Position numbers and translations under genes: made by a program
Assembly (NCBI GenBank): GCA_964057225.1
Contig: CAXKVF010000086.1
Location: 193,946-257,945, forward strand
Reading direction: 5' to 3'
DNA length: 64,000 nt
DNA from: Auanema rhodensis
Lineage: Eukaryota > Animalia > Nematoda
The notes under the pieces: model-generated
The model's database searches: none
The model's input: the letters and a program-made list of their open reading frames with translations, nothing else
Told to the model about the DNA's origin: nothing
Part shown: in pieces, positions 11,601 through 26,700 of the stretch
How positions within the stretch are numbered: position 1 is the stretch's first letter
Layout: each line of letters opens with the position of its first letter

Positions 11601-14600
11601 ACTAATATGGACATGGGGAATCTAATTTTGAAAACCGCATCTCTTTATCTTTCACGTGAAGCGAGTTACATACCAAGTGCACATCACGTGTACATTTAAT
11701 TAGCATTAATTAAAGTTCACGTAAATTTCAAAGTCATGGTTACCATGAACCAATATCAATAAAAATTTGTTTTTAGACTAATATGGACATGGGGAATCTA
11801 ATTTCGAAAACCGCATCTCTTTATCTTTCACGTGAAGCGAGTTACATACCAAGTGCACATCACGTGTACATTTAATTAGCATAAATTAAAGTTCACGTAA
11901 ATTTCAAAGTCATGGTTACCATGCACCAATATCAATAAAAATTTGTTTTTAGACTAATATGGACATGGGGAATCTAATTTTGAAAACCGCATCTCTTTAT
12001 CTTCCACGTGAAGCAAGTTACATACCAAGTGCACATCACGTGTACATTTAATTAGCATAAATTAAAGTTCACGTAAATTTCAAAGTCATGGTTACCATGA
12101 ACTAATATCAATAAAAATTTGTTTTTAGACTAATATGGACATGGGGAATCTAATTTTGAAAACCGCATCTCTTTATCTTCCACGTGAAGCGAGTTACATA
12201 CCAAGTGCACATCACGTGTACATTTAATTAGCATAAATTAAAGTTCACGTAAATTTCAAAGTCATGGTTACCATGCACCAATATCAATAAAAATTTGTTT
12301 TTAAACTAATATGGACATGGGGAATCTAATTTTGAAAACCGCATCTCTTTATCTTTCACGTGAAGCGAGTTACATACCAAGTGCACATCACGTGTACATT
12401 TAATTAGCATAAATTAAAGTTCACGTAAATTTCAAAGTCATGGTTACCATGCACCAATATCAATAAAAATTTGTTTTTAGACTAATATGGACATGGGTAA
12501 TCTAATTTTGAAAACCGCATCTCTTTATCTTTCACATGAAGCGAGTTACATACCAAGTGCACATCACGTGTACATTTAATTAGCATAAATTAAAGTTCAC
12601 GTAAATTTCAAAGTCATGGTTACCATGAACCAATATCAATAAAAATTTGTTTTTAGACTAATATGGACATGGGGAATCTAATTTTGAAAACCGCATCTCT
12701 TTATCTTTCACGTGAAGCGAGTTACATACCAAGTGCACATCACGTGTACATTTAATTAGCATAAATTAAAGTTCACGTAAATTTCAAAGTCATGGTTACC
12801 ATGCACCAATATAAATAAAAATTTGTTTTTAGACTAATATGGACATGGGGAATCTAATTTTGAAAACCGCATCTCTTTATCTTTCACGTGAAGCGAGTTA
12901 CATACCAAGTGCACATCACGTGTACATTTAATTAGCATAAATTAAAGTTCACGTAAATTTCAAAGTCATGGTTACCATGCACCAATATCAATAAAAATTT
13001 GTTTTTAGACTAATATGGACATGGGTAATCTAATTTTGAAAACCGCATCTCTTTATCTTTCACATGAAGCGAGTTACATACCAAGTGCACATCACGTGTA
13101 CATTTAATTAGCATAAATTAAAGTTCACGTAAATTTCAAAGTCATGGTTACCATGAACCAATATCAATAAAAATTTGTTTTTAGACTAATATGGACATGG
13201 GGAATCTAATTTTGAAAACCGCATCTCTTTATCTTTCACGTGAAGCGAGTTACATACCAAGTGCACATCACGTGTACATTTAATTAGCATAAATTAAAGT
13301 TCACGTAAATTTCAAAGTCATGGTTACCATGCACCAATATCAATAAAAATTTGTTTTTAGACTAATATGGACATGGGTAATCTAATTTTGAAAACCGCAT
13401 CTCTTTATCTTTCACATGAAGCGAGTTACATACCAAGTGCACATCACGTGTACATTTAATTAGCATAAATTAAAGTTCACGTAAATTTCAAAGTCATGGT
13501 TACCATGCACCAATATCAATAAAAATTTGTTTTTAGACTAATATGGACATGGGGAATCTAATTTTGAAAACCGCATCTCTTTATCTTTCACGTGAAGTGA
13601 GTTACATACCAAGTGCACATCACGTATACATTTAATTAGCATAAATTAAAGTTCACGTAAATTTCAAAGTCATGGTTACCATGCACCAATATCAATAAAA
13701 ATTTGTTTTTAGACTAATATGGACATGGGGAATCTAATTTTGAAAACCGCATCTCTTTATCTTTCACGTGAAGCGAGTTACATACCAAGTGCACATCACG
13801 TGTACATTTAATTAGCATAAATTAAAGTTCACGTAAATTTCAAAGTCATGGTTACCATGCACCAATATCAATAAAAATTTGTTTTTAGACTAATATGGAC
13901 ATGGGGAATCTAATTTTGAAAACCGCATCTCTTTATCTTTCACGTGAAGCGAGTTACATACCAAGTGCACATCACGTGTACATTTAATTAGCATAAATTA
14001 AAGTTCACGTAAATTCCAAAGTCATGGTTACCATGCACCAATATCAATAAAAATTTGTTTTTAGACTAATATGGACATGGGGAATCTAATTTTGAAAACC
14101 GCATCTCTTTATCTTTCACGTGAAGCGAGTTACATACCAAGTGCACATCACGTGTACATTTAATTAGCATAAATTAAAGTTCACGTAAATTTCAAAGTCA
14201 TGGTTACCATGCACCAATATCAATAAAAATTTGTTTTTAGACTAATATGGACATGGGGAATCTAATTTTGAAAACCGCATCTCTTCATCTTTCACGTGAA
14301 GCGAGTTACATACCAAGTGCACATCACGTGTACATTTAATTAGCATAAATTAAAGTTCACGTAAATTTCAAAGTCATGGTTACCATGCACCAATATCAAT
14401 AAAAATTTGTTTTTAGACTAATATGGACATGGGAAATCTAATTTTGAAAACCGCATCTCTTTATCTTTCACGTGAAGCGAGTTACATACCAAGTGCACAT
14501 CACGTGTACATTTAATTAGCATAAATTAAAGTTCACGTAAATTTCAAAGTCATGGTTACCATGCACCAATATCAATAAAAATTTGTTTTTAGACTAATAT

Positions 14601-17600
14601 GGACATGGGGAATCTAATTTTGAAAACCGCATCTCTTTATCTTTCACGTGAAGCGAGTTACATACCAAGTGCACATCACGTGTACATTTAATTAGCATAA
14701 ATTAAAGTTCACGTAAATTTCAAAGTCATGGTTACCATGCACCAATATCAATAAAAATTTGTTTTTAGACTAATATGGACATGGGGAATCTAATTTTGAA
14801 AACCGCATCTCTTTATCTTTCACGTGAAGCGAGTTACATACCAAGTGCACATCACGTGTACATTTAATTAGCATAAATTAAAGTTCACGTAAATTTCAAA
14901 GTCATGGTTACCATGCACCAATATCAATAAAAATTTGTTTTTAGACTAATATGGACATGGGGAATCTAATTTTGAAAACCGCATCTCTTCATCTTTCACG
15001 TGAAGCGAGTTACATACCAAGTGCACATCACGTGTACATTTAATTAGCATAAATTAAAGTTCACGTAAATTTCAAAGTCATGGTTACCATGCACCAATAT
15101 CAATAAAAATCTGTTTTTAGACTAATATGGACATGGGAAATCTAATTTTGAAAACCGCATCTCTTTATCTTTCACGTGAAGCGAGTTACATACCAAGTGC
15201 ACATCACGTGTACATTTAATTAGCATAAATTAAAGTTCACGTAAATTTCAAAGTCATGGTTACCATGAACCAATATCAATAAAAATTTGTTTTCAGACTA
15301 ATATGGACATGGGGAATCTAATTTTGAAAACCGCATCTCTTTATCTTTCACGTGAAGCGAGTTACATACCAAGTGCACATCACGTGTACATTTAATTAGC
15401 ATAAATTAAAGTTCACGTAAATTTCAAAGTCATGGTTACCATGCACCAATATCAATAAAAATCTGTTTTTAGACTAATATGGACATGGGAAATCTAATTT
15501 TGAAAACCGCATCTCTTCATCTTTCACGTGAAGCGAGTTACATACCAAGTGCACATCACGTGTACATTTAATTAGCATAAATTAAAGTTCACGTAAATTT
15601 CAAAGTCATGGTTACCATGCACCAATATCAATAAAAATCTGTTTTTAGACTAATATGGACATGGGAAATCTAATTTTGAAAACCGCATCTCTTTATCTTT
15701 CACGTGAAGCGAGTTACATACCAAGTGCACATCACGTGTACATTTAATTAGCATAAATTAAAGTTCACGTAAATTTCAAAGTCATGGTTACCATGAACCA
15801 ATATCAATAAAAATTTGTTTTCAGACTAATATGGACATGGGGAATCTAATTTTGAAAACCGCATCTCTTTATCTTTCACGTGAAGCGAGTTACATACCAA
15901 GTGCACATCACGTGTACATTTAATTAGCATAAATTAAAGTTCACGAAAATTTCAAAGTCATGGTTACCATGAACCAATATCAATAAAAATTTGTTTTTAG
16001 ACTAATATGGACATGGGGAATCTAATTTTGAAAACCGCATCTCTTCATCTTTCACGTGAAGCGAGTTACATACCAAGTGCACATCACGTGTACATTTAAT
16101 TAGCATAAATTAAAGTTCACGTAAATTTCAAAGTCATGGTTACCATGCACCAATATCAATAAAAATTTGTTTTTAGACTAATATGGACATGGGGAATCTA
16201 ATTTTGAAAACCGCATCTCTTTATCTTTCACGTGAAGCGAGTTACATACCAAGTGCACATCACGTGTACATTTAATTAGCATAAATTAAAGTTCACGTAA
16301 ATTTCAAAGTCATGGTTACCATGCACCAATATCAATAAAAATTTGTTTTTAGACTAATATGGACATGGGGAATCTAATTTTGAAAACCGCATCTCTTTAT
16401 CTTTCACGTGAAGCGAGGTACATACCAAGTGCACATCACGTGTACATTTAATTAGCATAAATTAAAGTTCACGTAAATTTCAAAGTCATGGTTACCATGA
16501 ACCAATATCATTAAAAATTTGTTTTTAGACTAATATGGACATGGGGAATCTAATTTTGAAAACCGCATCTCTTTATCTTTCACGTGAAGCGAGTTACATA
16601 CCAAGTGCACATCACGTGTACATTTAATTAGCATTAATTAAAGTTCACGTAAATTTCAAAGTCATGGTTACCATGAACCAATATCAATAAAAATTTGTTT
16701 TTAGACTAATATGGACATGGGGAATCTAATTTCGAAAACCGCATCTCTTTATCTTTCACGTGAAGCGAGTTACATACCAAGTGCACATCACGTGTACATT
16801 TAATTAGCATAAATTAAAGTTCACGTAAATTTCAAAGTCATGGTTACCATGCACCAATATCAATAAAAATTTGTTTTTAGACTAATATGGACATGGGGAA
16901 TCTAATTTTGAAAACCGCATCTCTTTATCTTCCACGTGAAGCAAGTTACATACCAAGTGCACATCACGTGTACATTTAATTAGCATAAATTAAAGTTCAC
17001 GTAAATTTCAAAGTCATGGTTACCATGAACTAATATCAATAAAAATTTGTTTTTAGACTAATATGGACATGGGGAATCTAATTTTGAAAACCGCATCTCT
17101 TTATCTTCCACGTGAAGCGAGTTACATACCAAGTGCACATCACGTGTACATTTAATTAGCATAAATTAAAGTTCACGTAAATTTCAAAGTCATGGTTACC
17201 ATGCACCAATATCAATAAAAATTTGTTTTTAAACTAATATGGACATGGGGAATCTAATTTTGAAAACCGCATCTCTTTATCTTTCACGTGAAGCGAGTTA
17301 CATACCAAGTGCACATCACGTGTACATTTAATTAGCATAAATTAAAGTTCACGTAAATTTCAAAGTCATGGTTACCATGCACCAATATCAATAAAAATTT
17401 GTTTTTAGACTAATATGGACATGGGTAATCTAATTTTGAAAACCGCATCTCTTTATCTTTCACATGAAGCGAGTTACATACCAAGTGCACATCACGTGTA
17501 CATTTAATTAGCATAAATTAAAGTTCACGTAAATTTCAAAGTCATGGTTACCATGAACCAATATCAATAAAAATTTGTTTTTAGACTAATATGGACATGG
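8625..17600. repeat. Higher-order duplication of a 23-monomer block: 8625-12672 (M50-72) = 13553-17600 (M78-100); offset 28 monomers (4928 bp)
   Basis: Identical ordered rare variants in both copies: T50G+A143T (M66/M94), A91T (M67/95), T13C (M68/96), T36C+G47A+C135T (M69/97), T36C+G160A (M70/98), G2T+G40A (M72/100). Confidence 0.92.
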
Positions 17601-20416
17601 GGAATCTAATTTTGAAAACCGCATCTCTTTATCTTTCACGTGAAGCGAGTTACATACCAAGTGCACATCACGTATACATTTAATTAGCATAAATTAAAGT
17701 TCACGTAAATTTCAAAGTCATGGTTACCATGAACCAATATCAATAAAAATTTGTTTTTAGACTAATATGGACATGGGGAATCTAATTTTGAAAACCGCAT
17801 CTCTTTATCTTTCACGTGGAGCGAGTTACATACCAAGTGCACATCACGTGTACATTTAATTAGCATAAATTAAAGTTCACGTAAATTTCAAAGTCATGGT
17901 TACCATGCACCAATATCAATAAAAATTTATTTTTAGACTAATATGGACATGGGGAATCTAATTTTGAAAACCGCATCTCTTTATCTTTCACGTGAAGTGA
18001 GTTACATACCAAGTGCACATCACGTGTACATTTAATTAGCATAAATTAAAGTTCACGTAAATTTCAAAGTCATGGTTACCATGCACCAATATCAATAAAA
18101 ATTTGTTTTTAGACTAATATGGACATGGGGAATCTAATTTTGAAAACCGCATCTCTTTATCTTTCACGTGAAGCGAGTTACATACCAAGTGCACATCACG
18201 TATACATTTAATTAGCATAAATTAAAGTTCACGTAAATTTCAAAGTCATGGTTACCATGAACCAATATCAATAAAAATTTGTTTTTAGACTAATATGGAC
18301 ATGGGGAATCTAATTTTGAAAACCGCATCTCTTTATCTTTCACGTGAAGCGAGTTACATACCAAGTGCACATCACGTGTACATTTAATTAGCATAAATTA
18401 AAGTTCACGTAAATTTCAAAGTCATGGTTACCATGCACCAATATCAATAAAAATTTGTTTTTAGACTAATATGGACATGGGGAATCTAATTTTGAAAACC
18501 GCATCTCTTTATCTTTCACGTGAAGCGAGTTACATACCAAGTGCACATCACGTGTACATTTAATTAGCATAAATTAAAGTTCACGTAAATTTCAAAGTCA
18601 TGGTTACCATGCACCAATATCAATAAAAATTTGTTTTTAGACTAATATTGACATGGGGAATCTAATTTTGAAAACCGCATCTCTTTATCTTTCACATGAA
18701 GCGAGTTACATACCAAGTGCACATCACGTGTACATTTAATTAGCATAAATTAAAGTTCACATAAATTTCAAAGTCATGGTTACCATGAACCAATATCAAT
18801 AAAAATTTGTTTTTAGACTAATATGGACATGGGGAATCTAATTTTGAAAACCGCATCTCTTTATCTTTCACGTGAAGCGAGTTAAATACCAAGTGCACAT
18901 CACGTATACATTTAATTAGCATAAATTAAAGTTCACGTAAATTTCAAAGTCATGGTTACCATGAACCAATATCAATAAAAATTTGTTTTTAGACTAATAT
19001 GGACATGGGGAATCTAATTTTGAAAACCGCATCTCTTTATCTTTCACGTGAAGCGAGTTACATACCAAGTGCACATCACGTGTACATTTAATTAGCATAA
19101 ATTAAAGTTCACGTAAATTTCAAAGTCATGGTTACCATGCACCAATATCAATAAAAATTTGTTTTTAGACTAATATGGACATGGGGAATCTAATTTTGAA
19201 AACCGCATCTCTTTATCTTTCACGTGAAGCGAGTTACATACCAAGTGCACATCACGTGTACATTTAATTAGCATAAATTAAAGTTCACATAAATTTCAAA
19301 GTCATGGTTACCATGCACCAATATCAATAAAAATTTGTTTTTAGACTAATATGGACATGGGGAATCTAATTTTGAAAACCGCATCTCTTTATCTTTCACG
19401 TGAAGTGAGTTACATACCAAGTGCACATCACGTGTACATTTAATTAGCATAAATTAAAGTTCACGTAAATTTCAAAGTCATGGTTACCATGCACCAATAT
19501 CAATAAAAATTTGTTTTTAGACTAATATGGACATGGGGAATCTAATTTTGAAAACCGCATCTCTTTATCTTTCACGTGAAGCGAGTTACATACCAAGTGC
19601 ACATCACGTATACATTTAATTAGCATAAATTAAAGTTCACGTAAATTTCAAAGTCATGGTTACCATGAACCAATATCAATAAAAATTTGTTTTTAGACTA
19701 ATATGGACATGGGGAATCTAATTTTGAAAACCGCATCTCTTTATCTTTCACGTGAAGCGAGTTACATACCAAGTGCACATCACGTATACATTTAATTAGC
19801 ATAAATTAAAGTTCACGTAAATTTCAAAGTCATGGTTACCATGAACCAATATCAATAAAAATTTGTTTTTAGACTAATATGGACATGGGGAATCTAATTT
19901 TGAAAACCGCATCTCTTTATCTTTCACGTGGAGCGAGTTACATACCAAGTGCACATCACGTGTACATTTAATTAGCATAAATTAAAGTTCACGTAAATTT
20001 CAAAGTCATGGTTACCATGCACCAATATCAATAAAAATGTGTTTTTAGACTAATATGGACATGGGGAATCTAATTTTGAAAACCGCATCTCTTTATCTTT
20101 CACGTGAAGTGAGTTACATACCAAGTGCACATCACGTGTACATTTAATTAGCATAAATTAAAGTTCACGTAAATTTCAAAGTCATGGTTACCATGCACCA
20201 ATATCAATAAAAATTTGTTTTTAGACTAATATGGACATGGGGAATCTAATTTTGAAAACCGCATCTCTTTATCTTTCACGTGAAGCGAGTTACATACCAA
20301 GTGCACATCACGTGTACATTTAATTAGCATAAATTAAAGTTCACGTAAATTTCAAAGTCATGGTTACCATGAACCAATATCAATAAAAATTTGTTTTTAG
20401 ACTAATATGGACATGG

Positions 20417-23400
20417 GGAATCTAATTTTGAAAACCGCATCTCTTTATCTTTCACGTGAAGCGAGTTACATACCAAGTGCACATCACGTGTACATTTAAT
20501 TAGCATAAATTAAAGTTCACGTAAATTTCAAAGTCATGGTTACCATGAACCAATATCAATAAAAATTTGTTTTTAGACTAATATGGACATGGGGAATCTA
20601 ATTTTGAAAACCGCATCTCTTTATCTTTCACGTGAAGCGAGTTACATACCAAGTGCACATCACGTATACATTTAATTAGCATAAATTAAAGTTCACGTAA
20701 ATTTCAAAGTCATGGTTACCATGAACCAATATCAATAAAAATTTGTTTTTAGACTAATATGGACATGGGGAATCTAATTTTGAAAACCGCATCTCTTTAT
20801 CTTTCACGTGAAGCGAGTTACATACCAAGTGCACATCACGTGTACATTTAATTAGCATAAATTAAAGTTCACGTAAATTTCAAAGTCATGGTTACCATGC
20901 ACCAATATCAATAAAAATTTGTTTTTAGACTAATATGGACATGGGGAATCTAATTTTGAAAACCGCATCTCTTTATCTTTCACGTGAAGCGAGTTACATA
21001 CCAAGTGCACATCACGTGTACATTTAATTAGCATAAATTAAAGTTCACGTAAATTTCAAAGTCATGGTTACCATGCACCAATATCAATAAAAATTTGTTT
21101 TTAGACTAATATTGACATGGGGAATCTAATTTTGAAAACCGCATCTCTTTATCTTTCACATGAAGCGAGTTACATACCAAGTGCACATCACGTGTACATT
21201 TAATTAGCATAAATTAAAGTTCACGTAAATTTCAAAGTCATGGTTACCATGAACCAATATCAATAAAAATTTGTTTTTAGACTAATATGGACATGGGGAA
21301 TCTAATTTTGAAAACCGCATCTCTTTATCTTTCACGTGAAGCGAGTTACATACCAAGTGCACATCACGTGTACATTTAATTAGCATTAATTAAAGTTCAC
21401 GTAAATTTCAAAGTCATGGTTACCATGAACCAATATCAATAAAAATTTGTTTTTAGACTAATATGGACATGGGGAATCTAATTTCGAAAACCGCATCTCT
21501 TTATCTTTCACGTGAAGCGAGTTACATACCAAGTGCACATCACGTGTACATTTAATTAGCATAAATTAAAGTTCACGTAAATTTCAAAGTCATGGTTACC
21601 ATGCACCAATATCAATAAAAATTTGTTTTTAGACTAATATGGACATGGGGAATCTAATTTTGAAAACCGCATCTCTTTATCTTTCACGTGAAGCGAGTTA
21701 CATACCAAGTGCACATCACGTGTACATTTAATTAGCATAAATTAAAGTTCACGTAAATTTCAAAGTCATGGTTACCATGCACCAATATCAATAAAAATTT
21801 GTTTTTAGACTAATATGGACATGGGGAATCTAATTTTGAAAACCGCATCTCTTTATCTTTCACGTGAAGCGAGTTACATACCAAGTGCACATCACGTGTA
21901 CATTTAATTAGCATAAATTAAAGTTCACGTAAATTTCAAAGTCATGGTTACCATGCACCAATATCAATAAAAATTTGTTTTTAGACTAATATGGACATGG
22001 GGAATCTAATTTTGAAAACCGCATCTCTTTATCTTTCACGTGAAGCGAGTTACATACCAAGTGCACATCACGTGTACATTTAATTAGCATAAATTAAAGT
22101 TCACGTAAATTTCAAAGTCATGGTTACCATGAACCAATATCAATAAAAATTTGTTTTTAGACTAATATGGACATGGGGAATCTAATTTTGAAAACCGCAT
22201 CTCTTTATCTTTCACGTGAAGCGAGTTACATACCAAGTGCACATCACGTATACATTTAATTAGCATAAATTAAAGTTCACGTAAATTTCAAAGTCATGGT
22301 TACCATGAACCAATATCAATAAAAATTTGTTTTTAGACTAATATGGACATGGGGAATCTAATTTTGAAAACCGCATCTCTTTATCTTTCACGTGAAGCGA
22401 GTTACATACCAAGTGCACATCACGTGTACATTTAATTAGCATAAATTAAAGTTCACGTAAATTTCAAAGTCATGGTTACCATGCACCAATATCAATAAAA
22501 ATTTGTTTTTAGACTAATATGGACATGGGGAATCTAATTTTGAAAACCGCATCTCTTTATCTTTCACGTGAAGCGAGTTACATACCAAGTGCACATCACG
22601 TGTACATTTAATTAGCATAAATTAAAGTTCACGTAAATTTCAAAGTCATGGTTACCATGCACCAATATCAATAAAAATTTGTTTTTAGACTAATATTGAC
22701 ATGGGGAATCTAATTTTGAAAACCGCATCTCTTTATCTTTCACATGAAGCGAGTTACATACCAAGTGCACATCACGTGTACATTTAATTAGCATAAATTA
22801 AAGTTCACGTAAATTTCAAAGTCATGGTTACCATGAACCAATATCAATAAAAATTTGTTTTTAGACTAATATGGACATGGGGAATCTAATTTTGAAAACC
22901 GCATCTCTTTATCTTTCACGTGAAGCGAGTTACATACCAAGTGCACATCACGTGTACATTTAATTAGCATTAATTAAAGTTCACGTAAATTTCAAAGTCA
23001 TGGTTACCATGAACCAATATCAATAAAAATTTGTTTTTAGACTAATATGGACATGGGGAATCTAATTTCGAAAACCGCATCTCTTTATCTTTCACGTGAA
23101 GCGAGTTACATACCAAGTGCACATCACGTGTACATTTAATTAGCATAAATTAAAGTTCACGTAAATTTCAAAGTCATGGTTACCATGCACCAATATCAAT
23201 AAAAATTTGTTTTTAGACTAATATGGACATGGGGAATCTAATTTTGAAAACCGCATCTCTTTATCTTTCACGTGAAGCGAGTTACATACCAAGTGCACAT
23301 CACGTGTACATTTAATTAGCATAAATTAAAGTTCACGTAAATTTCAAAGTCATGGTTACCATGCACCAATATCAATAAAAATTTGTTTTTAGACTAATAT

Positions 23401-23760
23401 GGACATGGGGAATCTAATTTTGAAAACCGCATCTCTTTATCTTTCACGTGAAGCGAGTTACATACCAAGTGCACATCACGTGTACATTTAATTAGCATAA
23501 ATTAAAGTTCACGTAAATTTCAAAGTCATGGTTACCATGCACCAATATCAATAAAAATTTGTTTTTAGACTAATATGGACATGGGGAATCTAATTTTGAA
23601 AACCGCATCTCTTTATCTTTCACGTGAAGCGAGTTACATACCAAGTGCACATCACGTGTACATTTAATTAGCATAAATTAAAGTTCACGTAAATTTCAAA
23701 GTCATGGTTACCATGAACCAATATCAATAAAAATTTGTTTTTAGACTAATATGGACATGG
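20417..23760. repeat. Tandem duplication of a 9-monomer (1584-bp) unit, M117-126 / M126-135
   Basis: The order G74A+132A; consensus; G169T; G40A+132A; A91T+132A; T13C; consensus; consensus; 132A repeats at +1584 bp (A91T at 21387 and 22971). Confidence 0.9.
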
Positions 23761-26700
23761 GGAATCTAATTTTGAAAACCGCATCTCTTTATCTTTCATG
23801 TGAAGCGAGTTACATACCAAGTGCACATCACGTGTACATTTAATTAGCATAAATTAAAGTTCACGTAAATTTCAAAGTCATGGTTACCATGCACCAATAT
23901 CAATAAAAATTTGTATTTAGACTAATATGGACATGGGGAATCTAATTTTGAAAACCGCATCTCTTTATCTTTCACGTGAAGCGAGTTACATACCAAGTGC
24001 ACATCACGTGTACATTTAATTAGCATAAATTAAAGTTCACGTAAATTTCAAAGTCATGGTTACCATGCACCAATATCAATAAAAATTTGTTTTTAGACTA
24101 ATATGGACATGGGGAATCTAATTTTGAAAACCGCATCTCTTTATCTTTCACGTGAAGCGAGTTACATACCAAGTGCACATCACGTGTACATTTAATTAGC
24201 ATAAATTAAAGTTCACGTAAATTTCAAAGTCATGGTTACCATGCACCAATATCAATAAAAATTTGTTTTTAGACTAATATGGACATGGGGAATCTAATTT
24301 TGAAAACCGCATCTCTTTATCTTTCACGTGAAGCGAGTTACATACCAAGTGCACATCACGTATACATTTAATTAGCATAAATTAAAGTTCACGTAAATTT
24401 CAAAGTCATGGTTACCATGAACCAATATCAATAAAAATTTGTTTTTAGACTAATATGGACATGGGGAATCTAATTTTGAAAACCGCATCTCTTTATCTTT
24501 CATGTGAAGCGAGTTACATACCAAGTGCACATCACGTGTACATTTAATTAGCATAAATTAAAGTTCACGTAAATTTCAAAGTCATGGTTACCATGCACCA
24601 ATATCAATAAAAATTTGTTTTTAGACTAATATGGACATGGGGAATCTAATTTTGAAAACCGCATCTCTTTATCTTTCACGTGAAGCGAGTTACATACCAA
24701 GTGCACATCACGTGTACATTTAATTAGCATAAATTAAAGTTCACGTAAATTTCAAAGTCATGGTTACCATGAACCAATATCAATAAAAATTTGTTTTTAG
24801 ACTAATATGGACATGGGGAATCTAATTTTGAAAACCGCATCTCTTTATCTTTCACGTGAAGCGAGTTACATACCAAGTGCACATCACGTGTACATTTAAT
24901 TAGCATAAATTAAAGTTCACGTAAATTTCAAAGTCATGGTTACCATGAACCAATATCAATAAAAATTTGTTTTTAGACTAATATGGACATGGGGAATCTA
25001 ATTTTGAAAACCGCATCTCTTTATCTTTCACGTGAAGCAAGTTACATACCAAGTGCACATCACGTGTACATTTAATTAGCATAAATTAAAGTTCACGTAA
25101 ATTTCAAAGTCATGGTTACCATGCACCAATATCAATAAAAATTTGTTTTTAGACTAATATGGACATGGGGAATCTAATTTTGAAAACCGCATCTCTTTAT
25201 CTTTCACGTGAAGCGAGTTACATACCAAGTGCACATCACGTGTACATTTAATTAGCATGAATTAAAGTTCACGTAAATTTCAAAGTCATGGTTACCATGA
25301 ACCAATATCAATAAAAATTTGTTTTTAGACTAATATGGACATGGGGAATCTAATTTTGAAAACCGCATCTCTTTATCTTTCACGTGAAGAGAGTTACATA
25401 CCAAGTGCACATCACGTGTACATTTAATTAGCATAAATTAAAGTTCACGTAAATTTCAAAGTCATGGTTACCATGCACCAATATCAATAAAAATTTGTTT
25501 TTAGACTAATATGGACATGGGGAATCTAATTTTGAAAACCGCATCTCTTTATCTTTCACGTGGAGCGAGTTACATACCAAGTGCACATCACGTGTACATT
25601 TAATTAGCATAAATTAAAGTTCACGTAAATTTCAAAGTCATGGTTACCATGCACCAATATCAATAAAAATTTGTTTTTAGACTAATATGGACATGGGGAA
25701 TCTAATTTTGAAAACCGCATCTCTTTATCTTTCACGTGAAGCGAGTTACATACCAAGTGCACATCACGTGTACATTTAATTAGCATGAATTAAAGTTCAC
25801 GTAAATTTCAAAGTCATGGTTACCATGCACCAATATCAATAAAAATTTGTTTTTAGACTAATATGGACATGGGGAATCTAATTTTGAAAACCGCATCTCT
25901 TTATCTTTCACGTGAAGAGAGTTACATACCAAGTGCACATCACGTGTACATTTAATTAGCATAAATTAAAGTTCACGTAAATTTCAAAGTCATGGTTACC
26001 ATGCACCAATATCAATAAAAATTTGTTTTTAGACTAATATGGACATGGGGAATCTAATTTTGAAAACCGCATCTCTTTATCTTTCACGTGAAGCGAGTTA
26101 CATACCAAGTGCACATCACGTGTACATTTAATTAGCATAAATTAAAGTTCACGTAAATTTCAAAGTCATGGTTACCATGCACCAATATCAATAAAAATTT
26201 GTTTTTAGACTAATATGGACATGGGGAATCTAATTTTGAAAACCGCATCTCTTTATCTTTCACGTGGAGCGAGTTACATACCAAGTGCACATCACGTGTA
26301 CATTTAATTAGCATAAATTAAAGTTCACGTAAATTTCAAAGTCATGGTTACCATGAACCAATATCAATAAAAATTTGTTTTTAGACTAATATGGACATGG
26401 GGAATCTAATTTTGAAAACCGCATCTCTTTATCTTTCACGTGAAGCGAGTTACATACCAAGTGCACATCACGTGTACATTTAATTAGCATAAATTAAAGT
26501 TCACGTAAATTTCAAAGTCATGGTTACCATGAACCAATATCAATAAAAATTTGTTTTTAGACTAATATGGACATGGGGAATCTAATTTTGAAAACCGCAT
26601 CTCTTTATCTTTCACGTGAAGCGAGTTACATACCAAGTGCACATCACGTGTACATTTAATTAGCATAAATTAAAGTTCACGTAAATTTCAAAGTCATGGT

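Noticed and set aside
11801-11820. CENP-B box (NTTCGNNNNANNCGGGN), considered especially in T13C monomers (TTTCGAAAACCGCATC)
   Set aside because: The required A and CGGG are missing, and the consensus has no match on either strand.
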